DNA of 64,000 nt from Fimicolochytrium jonesii (Eukaryota). Location of the stretch: contig NW_026515668.1 of the NCBI RefSeq assembly GCF_025526975.1, positions 1,736,001-1,800,000 on the forward strand. The letters run 5' to 3'. Shown here in pieces: positions 12,106 through 25,493 of this stretch (position 1 is the stretch's first letter; every line of letters begins with the position of its first letter). The translations under genes were made by a program, and so were the position numbers. Below the pieces are notes generated by a model. It did not search any database. It was not told where the DNA came from and worked only from the letters and a program-made list of their open reading frames with translations.

Positions 12106-14765
12106 ATGGTCCTTGAAGAACCCCGCGACAAGCATGAACGACGATGGCCGAGGATCCCGTACTCCATGGCTATCATGGGTGAGCATCGCGACCAGAATGT
12201 TTGTGTCCAACTGCGAGAGGGTATCTTACTCAAATGTTTCGTCGGAACTCGTATGTTGCCGCTGTCTACTGTCAATAAGTTGTTACGCTACTGACGGCCG
12301 CGGCGATCACTGTGCCTCCGGTCATTCTCCTTGTCACTGGGGGGAGCAGCTCCGTTGCAAAGAGTAAGAGCAATCCGCCTTCCATATTGTGAGATTGGGC
12401 GGTGGGAGGAAGCCACGTGATGCTGATCTGGAGCATTCTTCACTCAAAAGCTCTCGAGATCTTGCAAGCCAGGATATCAACCGATGTCTCGAGAAATGGT
12501 ATGTACCTATCCGCTATGGTTCGTTCATCTAACGGACCGCTTACCTACCAAAGATGTGTTCTCACCAAACCCTTCTCTTCGCTTCTCCACCCTTGGTTAG
12601 TCCTTGCGCTCACAGGCACATGCTTTAGGACCATCGACGGTATCGTATACAAAACAAGGGCCCAGAACAAATAGAGCGCGCGGCATGCTACTTTCTTCGT
12701 TCACACCACTCATAATCCCATAACGCATACCGCATAATAGACACGGAGGCGGGAACGATCTTTCTGGAGTTTCTATATGCGTTCTCGCAGAACATCAGCG
12801 TCTCGCTATATGACTTTGGCATACCGTAAGTCACTTGTGGGCAGATGTTAAGCGTTGCAGCGCCGCATGCGAACGCTCTGAATGAGTTGCCCGGATGATC
12901 TTGCAAAGAATAATCAAAATTTTTTCGTCAGCCTTCAACTGGAGATGATGAACACTGCAGATCGGTACGGGACCACCACTGTGGGTCCACTGTGAAAGTT
13001 GTCCATCCTCCCAACTTTCCATTCCTGAAACGATATATCGGTCATATATACAGGCGTTATTCACGAAAGGCGGTGGAAACACGTTAGACGCTTGGTTCGG
13101 TACGTCCAGAAGGTCGGCGCTGCGGGGGAAAATGAGACGACTCGGATGGACCTCAAGAATGACTCTTTCCCGTTGTTGCAGTGAGCGTAAACAACAGCGT
13201 AGCGAAATTATGCTCAAACTTCAATGTGACGCATGTGAACTGCACTGTGGGAAACATGAGCAGAATCGGAGACGATCTATTGAATCAAACGATCAAGTAC
13301 GATGTGTTTGATGTCATACTGAGGCCGAAATCGGAAGAGACTTCAGTAAAGTCTCCAACACCGCTTGAACGATGGTAGGTGCTTTTTCTCAAGTACTGCA
13401 TATCCTGGTCGCATTCATTATCCCTGGTATGTCGGCAGGATTCCAACAATCTGGTTCTTTCTCGGCGGCAGATTGTTCGCCAGCACGGCATGCGGAAAGT
13501 CGCTCTGGCTCCGCGACGCGCCTACACACCCACCTTACAATGACGATTTCTCTGTCCAATTCACGGCAGTGTTCAATGCGGAGGTGCTCGTAACATACCT
13601 GGCTGTGAGCGACGCTGGTCATGAGCATGCAGCGATTCATGTTGACTCATCGACATGCCCAATCGTCTCCATCCATCACAGACCCTCCTTCCCACTCCCA
13701 ATACGATCTTAGCGCTGATGTAGGTTTTCTGCCGTTTCCGTTCCATGTCTCGTTGACTTTTCCCTGCATTTCGTTCCTGATTCCTTCCCTTCTCGATATC
13801 GGCTTGATACGACAAGTGAGACAACAGGAAATCTGTGAGTGTGGCGAAGATGGGGGGCTCCGTGACGACTCTTGGTAACGCGGACCCAATCCCTGCGGAC
13901 TCAATCTGAGCATAATGTTTAGGCTGGCTACGAATCGAGATAACTTGCAAGTGAACGGTGCTGGCACGGGTCCTGCTCACATCATTGATGTCCGGCAGTC
14001 CGATCTCCAGGTATCTGAACTTCCGACATCCTGTGCGTCATCACCCAGATCGCTGACTCGTCCAACGTCCTCAGACCGCGGCCAAGCTCATGCTCGCTCG
14101 CCACCAGAACTGGACCCTGGTCCCAGCATCCCACAACGAACGCGTCTCTATGCCGGACAAACGCACCCTCATCGTTACCCTGAAGCGGATCACGGACAGC
14201 CGCGGTCTAGACATGATCCTCTTCATCGTCATCCCGGAGGATGATCTACTGGGCCAGCTGAAGACCAAGATCAACTCAGCGATCGTGACGGGGGTGGTCG
14301 TCACCGCTGCAATGCTTCTCATCGCGTGTGCGATGAGCTACTTCATTACGTTGCCGTTAAAGACGCTGATTCGGGGAATGCAAGCGGTAAGAGCGTGCAC
14401 TTGCCATTGCCCAAAGAGTCGTAAGATACTGGCTGGCACTCTCTGACCCACACAACTGAATAACTCCGGTCCCGTCGCAGGCCTCCAACTTCGACTTCTC
14501 CGAATTACGGAAACCTGGCCAAACCATTACCACCTCGGTTCTGGCGGAACTGGGAACCCTTCAAGGAACATTCACCCGACTATCGGAAACAATGTCAAAG
14601 GCCGTCGATCAGAACCGGAACCTCGTCAACAACATGGTGCGCCAGCGGTCGCAAGCAAGTGATAACCCAGTGTCGCCAACACGAGTGGCACAACGAGAAG
14701 CAACAGGGACGACGAGTTCCTCGGGAAACCGGACGACGAAGAGAGAGTCGACTGGCCGAAGTTGA
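12106..14765 (+). CDS. Multi-exon two-TM sensor: TM1, extracellular Cache-like domain, TM2, HAMP, short tail
   Basis: TM1 is VTLLTAAAITVPPVILLV. Many N-x-S/T sequons follow. GLDMILFIVIPEDDLLG precedes TM2 (AIVTGVVVTAAMLLIACAMSYFI). HAMP-like segment TLPLKTLIRGMQA-ASNFDFSE...ELGTLQGTFTRLSETM. Stop TGA at 14763..14765. Internal exons are approximate. Confidence 0.65.
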
Positions 14766-15072
14766 GATTGAGATTACAGGGTCCCGTCCATGATGCGCTG
14801 AGATGTGTAAATAGAGGCGGGTTGAATATTGTTGTTGTACTGTACTGTATGTATACAGCCGTCCGATGTTACTGTATTTCGTACTTTTCGTATGTGTCTT
14901 GGGGGATTTCCGTCGACGTCCGCTTCTGAACAACCATGTAGGTTGTATTCGACACCACAACTGCGTTTCGACGAACGCGAACTTCAGCCAAATTCAGTCG
15001 TTCGACTTTTGCAGACTCACTCACTCAGCCCCGACTCAGCCCGCACATCCCTGCCGACCCCACATAACTACA

Positions 15073-15944
15073 ATGATGGCCGGTGCACAGCTTGAGAAGG
15101 AAATGGCAGCGTTCCAGAACCTGCAAAGGGGTACGTCCATTTTCCGTCTGGCCGTATTTGATCTAGCGCATACAGGGTGGAATTTTTCAAAACATTTGGA
15201 CGGTCCAGCGGTCCCCTGACCCTCCTAAGCTGTGGCATGCTATGGCACTGGGGATCGGAAAGCTGCTCTCAGTGTCATACCCTATGCTTATACAACAATG
15301 GTTGGCCTTGGAAGTTCTACCGAAACTAATTTTCCTGTGAACACATAGACTTCTCGAAAGTGATCGAATCTCGGACACAGCTCGAGTCGCAACTGAAGGA
15401 GAACGAGATGGTGGCGAAGGTACGACGCTGAACGCGGCGAAGGGGAAGGGATCGATGTTATTTTTCGCTGTATTGTAGGAAACGGGTGGGACTGGTTACC
15501 AAAGGGGCGTTTAGCTCATGCATACGTCGTTGGGGCCAACCTAGGAATTCAGCCTTCTGAAACCGGATGCAACGATATACAAACTCATCGGGCCAGTGCT
15601 CGTTAAGCAAGAGCAAGGGGAGGCCGTGACGAATGTCAAGAAGCGTGTTGAGTATATTACGGGGGAAATGTAAGTGAGATGGAAGCGCGAAGATGCACCG
15701 TTTTGGATGGCTGGATCACAACGGATTGGTGGCTGACGGACCTTCTCTTTGGTTTGATGATAGTAAACGATTAGAAGGGCAAATCAAGGATTTGGATAAG
15801 AAGCAGGAGGCCAAGAAGGCGGAGGTACGACTGCTACTGCCATTGGTTGGGTTTACTCTGATTCTTGTTTGCTCACACGTTACGACTCCGTAGGTCATTC
15901 AACTGCAACAAGCATACCAACAGCAGATGCAGGCTAATGCATAG
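15073..15944 (+). CDS. YKE2: Prefoldin subunit 6
   Basis: Spliced: RTQLESQLKENEMVAKEFSLLKPDATIYKLIGPVLVKQEQGEAVTNVKKRVEYITGEIKRLE. Confidence 0.93.
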
Positions 15945-16263
15945 TCATCTTTTCGCTCGCATACCCTTATGTATATATATGTCTGTCCTCCGTCGGGAAT
16001 GAAATTGGGAACGATCGTCCTGATGCAAGTCGTCTCGGTTCGCTCGTTCACTGATTCCAATGCCCGCCGCGCACACCTTGCTTTTCTGACCATGTCCGAG
16101 ACGATCAGACTAAAGTTTGACGAGGATCTCTTCCTTGAGAGCTGGAAATGGATTCCCTCCGCCACAAACAACGAGCCAGTTCTTTCAGACCGTCTGATTC
16201 CGAAAGTCCGGAGAGATTCAATCGCTTTACAAAATTGTGGCATATCATACACGAAGGAAACGT

Positions 16264-17529
16264 TCAGAAAATGATATCGGGGTCTTGTTCGTACTCGTTT
16301 AGCAGATTCGATGCTTGATGGGAGTCCTGCGTCACTTGCCCTGACACTGAGTGGGGTGTTAGATTCCCCTTTCCGGCAACGGAAGCACGAGACTGTAGCA
16401 ATCAAACCTTGCAGGGCTTCGCGCTCAGCCGTCTCCTTGGCCAGCTTCTCCTTCTTCTTGCCTTGCACCTTCTTCAGCCTATTGGCACGGTTGATGAGCG
16501 ACGGAGGTGCTCAGAATAGGAGAGCACAGCGGGACGTACCTATAGAACTCCTCCCTATCGGCCTCGTCTAGCTCCGACGAGATGAACTTGATGGTGTTTT
16601 CAATCTTCGGGATGATAACGTGCTCAATGGCATTCACACGTCGGTTTGTTACTTTGATGACCTCGTCCAGGATTACGAACGCGGTCTAAAAGTGTCGCCA
16701 ATATCAGTGAGCCATCTGATGAAGGCAACCCCCTCGCGAAGGCGGTCACTAACCTGTAACGACGCCAGCTCCACCAAAACCTCAATGGCCTTCTTATACG
16801 TTTCTTTGCATTTCTGGACTTGCTGTCCTCCCCGTCCCAGACCCGTCAATTCGGACGCTAGAAGCCGCCATTCCGTGAATCGATGCGTGAAGAGCTCGGT
16901 CATCTCGCATCTGTCTTCTTACCATTTTGTCCATCGACGTACATGTCGAAGGCGGGTAATTGGACACCAGAAACGTTTTCTGATTTAGCCCGGACTTTGA
17001 GCTGCGCTTGCTTAACGTTCTCTCGTACTTGATACCTGAAGTGCATGAAGTTCATCAGCTACAATCATCCGCCGCATACGATATTTCCGCGGTGACGCAC
17101 ATACCCGATATCTCCAGTAGCGTACATGACCTCCGCATATGAGAAGTTCGCAACTTGCATGATTTTGCCCATCTTGCGCTTCGCCTAAAAATCGATACGG
17201 TATCAGGATGAATCCCTTGCCCCTTCGACATATGCTCTGCTCCACGCCCAGACAATGGGCCTAAACCCCTTCAAGAATCCCCGCGCCTCCCATACCTCGT
17301 CAATCTTCTTGACTATATCCCTGAACCGCCGCGTAAGAGCCTCACTTTTCCTCTTCAACAGCGAGTGGCCTGTTTGGGCACCTTTCAGCCTATTCTTCAT
17401 GGTCGTCAACGCCCTAAAATGGACAATATGGGTATCAGATGGGAAGCTAAGATGTTCAAGGTTTCACGGCGGAAATGACACTCACATCCGAGTAGGGAAG
17501 ATGCTGAACCTCGCACCGGTACCGCTCAT
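16264..17529 (-). CDS. VMA8: V-type H+-ATPase subunit D
   Basis: [15 protein letters not shown]...[53 protein letters not shown], and C-terminal EQDPDIIF*. Confidence 0.95.
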
Positions 17530-17827
17530 GGTGGGCAGCTATCCGAAGGTAACTGTATATGAATACACTGCTTCTGCAAGACAAGCCGGATATTCCCAGC
17601 GAGAAGTCGCGGCGAAGCGGTGGGGAACTGCGTCAGGAGTGGCTGGCGAGTTGTGAGGGGTGACGAGGGAAGAAGTCTCCACGCGTTCCCTCAGCGCACT
17701 CCTCGCACTCATCAGTTGCAACCTGTGGGGGAGAGCTTTCGCGCAAAACTACCCACTCGGCCTTCTACCAAACGACCACATCTGGCGCACTCTTCGCTGC
17801 CGAGAGTGGTAAGGTCGCCGCGGCGCC

Positions 17828-20353
17828 ATGTCTCAAAACAGGTTCAAACCCGGACCCAGCGGACGCACGGCCGGCCCTCCGAAGGTCTTGTCGAGCTCAC
17901 GACCACCCGGCTGGCCTCCAGCAGTCCGTGACCCCATCCGTACGACTTCTCAGACGAAAGGTGGTACAAGAAGCTTCAAAGGAGCTGATGGACGCGAACA
18001 TGAGCCCTTTCTCGTCCAGGGTGGGGACTCTTCCGCAGAGGAGACGATGAGTCCTAGAGGCACAACGGGCGGTAGCAACTGGCCAACTGGGGCGAAACGG
18101 AAGGGGAAGGATGATGGGCGGGGCAGCTCTGTTTTTGTTGGGCAGGTCAAAAGTGGAGGATCTGGCTGGGCTCAGGTACCCGATTATGTGCCTGGACCTG
18201 CCGGAAAGCAGAGAAAAGCAGCAACGACGAAGAAGGGTATAACGGGATTTGTCAACAAATCAGCTGTCAATCATCAATTCACTGTGAGCGCGGCCTCTCG
18301 CATGAAGGTCCTGGTGTCTTCTCAGCAGAGCTCAGGCGGGACAAGTTTGGGGAATGGGTCCCAATATCGGTCAGCATCTTCTGCGGACCGCAAAAGCAAA
18401 TATGAGGTTCACGTCGTGGACGTGGTCAGCAGCGGTGAGGATCGACCGACGAGAGCTAGTAGAGTGACCTCGCGGCCGACAACGTCTGCAAACGGCAAAT
18501 GCAGAACCGTAGTTCACGATGTGGAAGAGGTCGGCAATGATGCTCCATCAAGGAAAGTCAGGAGTGCACGCTTGAAGGCGGCCGGAGCATCGGGGACGAA
18601 ACTGCCAGTCGGTGCACAAGCGATCAATGGGTCAAGTAGTCGTGTTGGCTCAGGCGACAAGTTGAGAGCAAACCGTGGAGATGGCAAAGCCCTACGGACA
18701 GAACGAGAAGAACGACGGGGCACGACGGGACCAGCATCGTCCCGGAACGATACCTTGAGACAGCCCCGCAGGGAGCAGTCACCCGGTGAACCAGTGGGAT
18801 GTACGAAGCCAAGAGTGCTCAAGCGAAGGCTCATACCGAGGGAAACACCTGAAGAGCTGCGCTCCGACACCGAGAGGCTTAAACAGAACCAAAGCCGGCC
18901 CGTCGCTGGCTCCCTTGGGCTTACAACACCAACGAACAAGCGCCGGAAAGTACAGAACGCTAATGAAGCGATAGAACCAGATTCGAGCGTTACGATTGTG
19001 GAAGATACACCGCTCTCCAAGATCAAGGGAAAGACGAGGAGGAAGGGTTCATCACCCCAGCCCTCACCATCTTTGAATTCGCCGACCAGCGTGGCAGCTA
19101 ATGGGGCAAAGCATAAACATCAGTCAGCAGCGGAACGGCCCCCCATTTCCAGACAACGGACACCACCCAAACTACTCAAAATCCTCTCGTCCGAGCTTTC
19201 GCCATTCCGACCGGCGTCGCCAGAAAGCTCAAATCTTCCGTCAATATCCCCTTTTGTAACCCTGGATGCGGATCGCAGCTTGGCGGAGGATGCTGACGAG
19301 GAATCCCACCGCACATGTCCGCAATGCATGCGGCAGCTCACCGGACCGCTGTCTGAGGCATTGGCAGCGCAGTATACCTTATTGACAAGTGGGCCTGATG
19401 CTGCGAACAGCCGTTTCACCAAGGGTAGACGCCGCGCATCATCAGAACATATGGCACTGTTTGACTTTTGCCGACAGCATACCGCCCAAGAACGCCTCTT
19501 ACCATTCGGGATGGAACGGGGATACCCACAAACACTCGACCAGCCCGCGCTGCGGCACCGGATCAGAAAGTTACTACCGTTACTGCACGACGTTATACGG
19601 AACCGGCTAGAAAGCGTCTTCAAAGAACGGGCACTCAAAAGCTACTCGACACTAGGCACCCGTCGCGCACAGGGCTTCCAGAACAAGTACATGCAGGCTC
19701 ACGTCACCGCCAGCTGCGGCTACTACGGCCGCACGGGCGCCAGCATCATCTTCAAAGTCCTCTTCCACACCTTCCTGCGATCCCGCGACCAAGCATCAAC
19801 CGCCTCGAAGCCCATATACCCCACCCTCACGAAACACGACACAGCCCCAATCCCACCGCTAGAATTCCTCCAAGACGTGCTTGTCCCCGAAGCGGCGCTG
19901 CGACTGATCATGGAGGACCGCAAACTGACGGGCGTGCCGCAGGGCATGAAGGTGTTTACGGAGAGCGCGGAGTATGGCGCGGCGATGTTTGGCCACTCGG
20001 ATGACGACTCGGATGACGACTTGGATGACGACTCGGATGAGTCCGACGATGAGGCGGATGACGATATCTGGACCAGCCAGGAGGAGATCTCTGCCCAGCA
20101 GACCGCGCGGCCTGGTATACGCACACGGGAAGGATCACCGCTCTCCTACAACAACAACAATCCGGCGACAAACGGAGCGAATGTAAGCCCGATTGGCGGG
20201 TTACCCGACACGATCTGCATCGATTCCGACGACGAGCTGCTTACGTTCCCGCAGTTCACGAGTTCAGCGTCGGCTGTGCGGAAATCTGGAGCTGGATCCG
20301 GAGAGACGATGCCGGATGCGTTTTTCTGTAGTGAGAGTGGAGACGATTTGTAG
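17828..20353 (+). CDS. RTC4-like domain protein (restriction of telomere capping 4 family)
   Basis: CPQC...FCRQH, GYP, GYYGRTG, VLVPEAALRLIMED and ESAEYG motifs of the RTC4 domain in the C-terminal half. The N-terminus is disordered. Confidence 0.75.
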   Translation: MSQNRFKPGPSGRTAGPPKVLSSSRPPGWPPAVRDPIRTTSQTKGGTRSFKGADGREHEPFLVQGGDSSAEETMSPRGTTGGSNWPTGAKRKGKDDGRGSSVFVGQVKSGGSGWAQVPDYVPGPAGKQRKAATTKKGITGFVNKSAVNHQFTVSAASRMKVLVSSQQSSGGTSLGNGSQYRSASSADRKSKYEVHVVDVVSSGEDRPTRASRVTSRPTTSANGKCRTVVHDVEEVGNDAPSRKVRSARLKAAGASGTKLPVGAQAINGSSSRVGSGDKLRANRGDGKALRTEREERRGTTGPASSRNDTLRQPRREQSPGEPVGCTKPRVLKRRLIPRETPEELRSDTERLKQNQSRPVAGSLGLTTPTNKRRKVQNANEAIEPDSSVTIVEDTPLSKIKGKTRRKGSSPQPSPSLNSPTSVAANGAKHKHQSAAERPPISRQRTPPKLLKILSSELSPFRPASPESSNLPSISPFVTLDADRSLAEDADEESHRTCPQCMRQLTGPLSEALAAQYTLLTSGPDAANSRFTKGRRRASSEHMALFDFCRQHTAQERLLPFGMERGYPQTLDQPALRHRIRKLLPLLHDVIRNRLESVFKERALKSYSTLGTRRAQGFQNKYMQAHVTASCGYYGRTGASIIFKVLFHTFLRSRDQASTASKPIYPTLTKHDTAPIPPLEFLQDVLVPEAALRLIMEDRKLTGVPQGMKVFTESAEYGAAMFGHSDDDSDDDLDDDSDESDDEADDDIWTSQEEISAQQTARPGIRTREGSPLSYNNNNPATNGANVSPIGGLPDTICIDSDDELLTFPQFTSSASAVRKSGAGSGETMPDAFFCSESGDDL

Positions 20354-20853
20354 ACCCCTCTTATGCATGTATTTTGGCTTTTTTTCGCCCGGCCGTTGTG
20401 AACAGTGAACAGTGAACATTACGCGACGTATGGGTGGAAAACCATTTTGGGGGAGGAGGGGATGTGGGAAGGGAGGGAGAAGAAGGCCATGCAGAATGCA
20501 TATGTTAGTAAAGTCCGATTTATGAGTGGACGCTGTATAGGAGGAGTCACCGCCGCGAACGATAGAGGCATTTTTCTAAATTCCCCGATTTTGCATATAC
20601 AGTATGTACGTTTGCTTAAAAATCGCCACGAATCTCCATGATCTCACAGCCGTCGTGACAGCTTTTGATTCATCGATCCATGTCTTTGCTCCTAAGCCTT
20701 GATGCCAATTAGTAGTAGGCTTTCCCACTGCTTGCTTTTCCTTTGCTCCGGCAGGAAACAGAGTCATGGTTCAAAGAGAGTGCACTTAGCGAAAAGTTGA
20801 GTCGCGATGACGCCGAAGGGGAAACTTGTGGGGGCACTAATGCCCTCCCCCTT

Positions 20854-20879
20854 CCCCCCCCCCCCCCCCCCCCCCCCCC
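20854..20879. repeat. poly-C(~26) tract
   Basis: Homopolymer about 280 bp upstream of the macrodomain gene ATG. Confidence 0.9.
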
Positions 20880-21162
20880 GCGCATATCCAGTATGACAAG
20901 ACTTCGAGAGCCGCACATGCATTAGGTGATGCGTCGCCCGTTGTAATCCTGACGGACGACTCGATACAAAATGCTGTATTTCGTTATGATAAGGAGGCGC
21001 AGAAGGTTCAGACTCTTCGCATCGCTCAACCCCCTGTTCCATACCTATTCACGCGGAGCTACCGCCTCAAACCTCCCTCCTCAAACGTCACTGTCAAACC
21101 TTCCCGCCAAAGCAAGAGCACCCAAACCTCAAAGGCATAATAGCAAGACACCATCGGCAAAG

Positions 21163-23636
21163 ATGCGCGGTTTTCTCCAGCGGTGGTGGGGTGGCAGCTC
21201 CGTGTCCCACAAGGTAGCCGAAAAAGACGATTTGGGTCTGCAGGAGAAAGACAACCTTACCCCTACCGAGGACGACGACCAAACCGTCTACGATCGAATT
21301 ATGGACGACAAGGATATATACAAACGTTGGAGGGAAGATACACCGGTTGCGGGGCTCGAGGCGATTTTGGAACCTAGTGGTTTCAACTTGTCTGGCAATA
21401 GTCCGCTGTTGGGTTTTGATCCGCCGAGCGACCTTGCCCTCGAAATCAATTCTATTCGAGACACTGATGAAGAAGGAAGGCGGCAGAGCGTTGGGAGCCA
21501 TTCTAGCAAGGGGAACCCCAAAAAGCGAAAACACAGCCTACACAGCGACGACGACATCACCACCCGTGATCACAGCCCCGGAGTGAAGAAGCATATATGC
21601 AGCAGCCTGGAGAGCCTTCCCAGTGAAGAAAGCGACGCAGAGCAGAGCGTAAGCACGGAGCTCAGCGGTAGTGGAGAGAACGAAGCGGAGCTGTATGCGT
21701 GTGATCCGGACGACGTGGATTTCCTCGCTCCGCCCTCTGGGACTGGGCCTAGTGTTGACAGCGAGAATGACGGGACGAGCGGAACAACGCGCGCGCAGTC
21801 ATCCGGCCTCCGCCACGTCCTTCCCATTTACGACGCAACGGCGAAGGCCTCCGCCTATCGGCCGACAATGCTGTCCAGACTCCTCAGCATCCCTGGCAGC
21901 ATCTCCCCCATCAAACCAGCGTTGTTCACCTCCTTCCCGTCGCCCTTCTCCTGCTTCACCCGCAGCAGCGCAATGTCCCGTCCAAAACCCACCAACGTGC
22001 ACGCCCTGCCCACCCTAAAAGATTGGTACTTGTCCGACGACCACACCGCCTACCTAAGCAAGCACCAGGACAAGATTGCCTCTGCGCGGGAGCAATTGGC
22101 TAAGCACGTCAGGCAATGGGATGATGTGCTGAATGACAAGATTGTGCTGTGGAAGGGCGATATTACGAGGCTGGAGATAGACGCTATTGTCAATGCGGCG
22201 AATAGGTCGTTGTTGGGGGGTGGTGGGGGTGAGTTTGCTGGGCTGTGTAGTGCTGTGCTCCGGCACGAACTTGTCTTAATGAAGGCTTGTGCTTTTTCTC
22301 CCGCAGTGGACGGAGCGATACACAGCGCGGCGGGCAGAGGCCTCTACCAAGAATGCAAGACGCTGGGAGGATGCGAGACTGGAGACGCAAAGATAACCGC
22401 CGGATACGAGCTTCCCGCCAAGCATGTTATCCACACCGTAAGTTTCGGAGTGCGCCACGAACGCTCCCGAGAGAGTGGCGGCGAGAAGTAGGCTCAGCTT
22501 TCTGACCAAATCCGCGATTTTCCCACAACAGGTTGGACCAATAGGTTTCCACCCTGAAACGTTGACGAGCGCCTATAAACGATGCCTGGAAGTCGCGGAG
22601 GAGCACGGGGTGCGGACCATTGCGTTTTGCTGCGTCTCCACTGGGATCTACGGGTAGGTCTTTCCACCGTCCCAGTCCTCAATCGCATGTGTTGATCCCG
22701 GAATCATCCACATATCACAGATACCCGAACCTCCAAGCCGCCAGCACCGCCATCCGCACCGTCCGCCGATACCTCTCCAACCCCACCGCCGCCCAAAATT
22801 TCGACCGCATCGTCTTCTGCCTTTTCCTCCCCGTCGACTTCGACGCCTACCACGAGCTCGTGCACGTCTATTTCCCACCACCGGATGAGACGACCGATGA
22901 GGATAATGACACTGTGAGTGAGGCTGAGACGGAGATACTGGGCGTGGATGGGATAGGTGGGGGGGCTTCATTGGAGTATGGGCAGAAGGAGGGGGAGGTG
23001 GGTGATGTTGAGTCGAATGGAGCTTGTGAGGATGGAGATGAATTGGTTAGGGATTCGTATGAAGCGAAGGAGGAGAAGAGTGTTGGGTGGGACGTCCCGA
23101 CGCAGCTCTCAGACGCAGACGGTAGTGAGATGACTGAGCAGAGTCTTTCGCGGGATGGCGATGCGGAATCGCTTGCGGACGACGCACAATACGGGTGGGA
23201 ACGACAACTCGAGGAGTCGGAAGCTGTGGAAGACAACGCGAACGAAGGGACGGAAGAACGTTCGCAGTCACCGTCGATCAGCGAGGACTTATGTGGGGAC
23301 TGCAGTCCAGGGGCTGTAGAAATCGATCCACGGAATGATGACCCGGGCTGGGTGGGGAATGCGAAGGATGGGCACGATAAGAACGTTGGCGTACGTGGGG
23401 ATGACATGGTGGAGGTGGAGAGTGAAGCACATTGCAGGGAGGAGAGGAATGATCTCGCCGCCTATGATGGAACACGTGCTACCGCTAGGCAAGGCGCGAA
23501 GCGAGGTTACGACGAGATGGAGAAAAGTGAGGATATATCCTGCGATGGCAAAGGCGCGATCGGGCAGTGGTGGAGTCGTTCAAGGGAGGAGATGCGGGCG
23601 AAGAGAGGGTCTGTGGAGATTGGTCAGCGGGGATGA
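21163..23636 (+). CDS. MacroD-type macrodomain protein (O-acetyl-ADP-ribose deacetylase / mono-ADP-ribosylhydrolase)
   Basis: Spliced core: [75 protein letters not shown]. Acidic disordered flanks. Confidence 0.92.
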
Positions 23637-24063
23637 GGGAAGGGACGACGGGAGGGGTGGAATGGTGACTGCTCATGGAACCTTATTATCTGAACACGTG
23701 GAGACGATGTAGAAGGCAACCCTATCCCGTCCTACCCTTTGGAAAGTGTCATTGACTCCTGGCATTATGGCAACCCAGCCGTCACCATAGGAAACAGGTC
23801 GACGAGCGCATTTTCCCCTCTCAAGTCCTTTGCCGTGATTGATTCTCGCAAACGCACAGCAGTCAAGATTTACGCCTTTCCATAGTCCCCCTTCTGCTTA
23901 GCCATCGCTGTACAACTATTATCCATAAATCGGTCGGAACACTATCGACCTGTTGTTTCTTATATATACACAAAATGAGAAGTAGGAGTGCTTCATACAT
24001 ACCTACATACATACATACATACGTTCGCAAAATCATGCGTTGCCGATCCCGCATATATGCGAC

Positions 24064-24905
24064 TTATCCCCTCCGTAACCTCTCCAACAACTTCTGATGC
24101 AGATACGTACTCAGCAAGAACATGCCGTTGAAGGTCACGAGGCGATGGGTGGGGAAGCGTTCATAGGAGCCTGGGATGATGGAGCCGTTGTCGAGGCGGA
24201 CGGCGCCGAGGATGTCTTCTGGGTCGCTGTACGGATGGATGGGGTAAATTGATGTGGGGGAGGGTGGTGAGGGGAACGGAATGAAGGTGGGGCCTACCTG
24301 ACTCGGCCGAAGGGTGCGGGGGAACGCTCGTCGTTGATGTTCAGGTACCCTAGCTTTTGATGTGCTGCTAGACCTGGATTGAGATGGACGGCGGTCAGAT
24401 TTCGAGGCCGACAAATACACGCAACCGCACCCCCTCCTCCCAGAAACATACCTTGTATCCCCTGATCCTCCCCAACATGCGCCTTCAACACCTCATGCAA
24501 AACATCTAACAACACAACGGGTAAGTTCTTCCACCAAATCGTCACACACCACCAATTACCCCAAAACCCACCTTCAAATCCCCTCCTCCCCTCCCACCCC
24601 CCCGGCCTCAGAACCGGCACACCGCCCTCCTCTCCCGCGCCTGCCAACACCCATCCAATAACCCTCTCGTCATTCACGTCTTCCTCGAAGAAACTGACGG
24701 CGTGTGTTCGTGGCTTTCGTGATGACAAGGAGGATGAGGCGGGTTGGGGGTGGAAGTAGAGGTCGTATGCGTATCTTGGGTGGCGGAGAGGTGATGAGGA
24801 GGGGGCGGATGGGGGGGCGGATGAGGAGTAGGAGAGGGAAGCGAGTGATCTTTGGAGGGTGAGGCGGGGAAGTGCGGGAACGTTGGGACGGGTGCGAAGA
24901 AGCAT
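24064..24905 (-). CDS. Conserved fungal hypothetical protein, probably mitochondrial
   Basis: R/S/L-rich presequence MLLRTRPNV. Spliced core GYLNINDERSPAPFGRVSDPEDILGAVRL...YERFPTHRLVT. Confidence 0.7.
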
Positions 24906-25493
24906 TTTCCAAGTGGGATAGCGTCCAGGGGCTCTTGGAGGCAAATAAAGTGAGAGCCTGAGCTGGGAGGAAAGGGAGATGGTGGCCGCTATCGGGGAAG
25001 CAATCAGGAAGCAATCCTGCTTTGTCCTATCCGGAAAAAAGCACCGTTGGACGGAAACTGGGAAGGCAAGGGCGGGTGGCGCAGCAGTTGATACCCGACG
25101 CGTCGAGTCTGTAAGCCACGCTCCTCTCAGCACTCCGAACTCATCCCGCCGGTCCCTTCAGCGTAAAAGCGATCGAAGCTGTCGGGTGTCTGCAACCATA
25201 ATAGGCATTCGTGTCTGCCGGAAGTGGTCTCCAAAGCGCACCGCGTAATGGCGAATACGTCCTTTTTTTGTCACTATTTTGGGCGACATCCAAGACGATG
25301 CCAACAATACGACGAGGCGCACAAACCTTGGATGCAAGGTGTCTTGTTAGTCGAGATGCAGATGGGTTCTTTGGAGGACTATATAAGACCGTCCAGCTTA
25401 CGATAACTTCCCTCGCCCCTCATCACCTTCATCTCTTCACAACCTTTCACCTTCCACAGCTTCATCCTATAACAACCTACCCAAACCTAAAAG

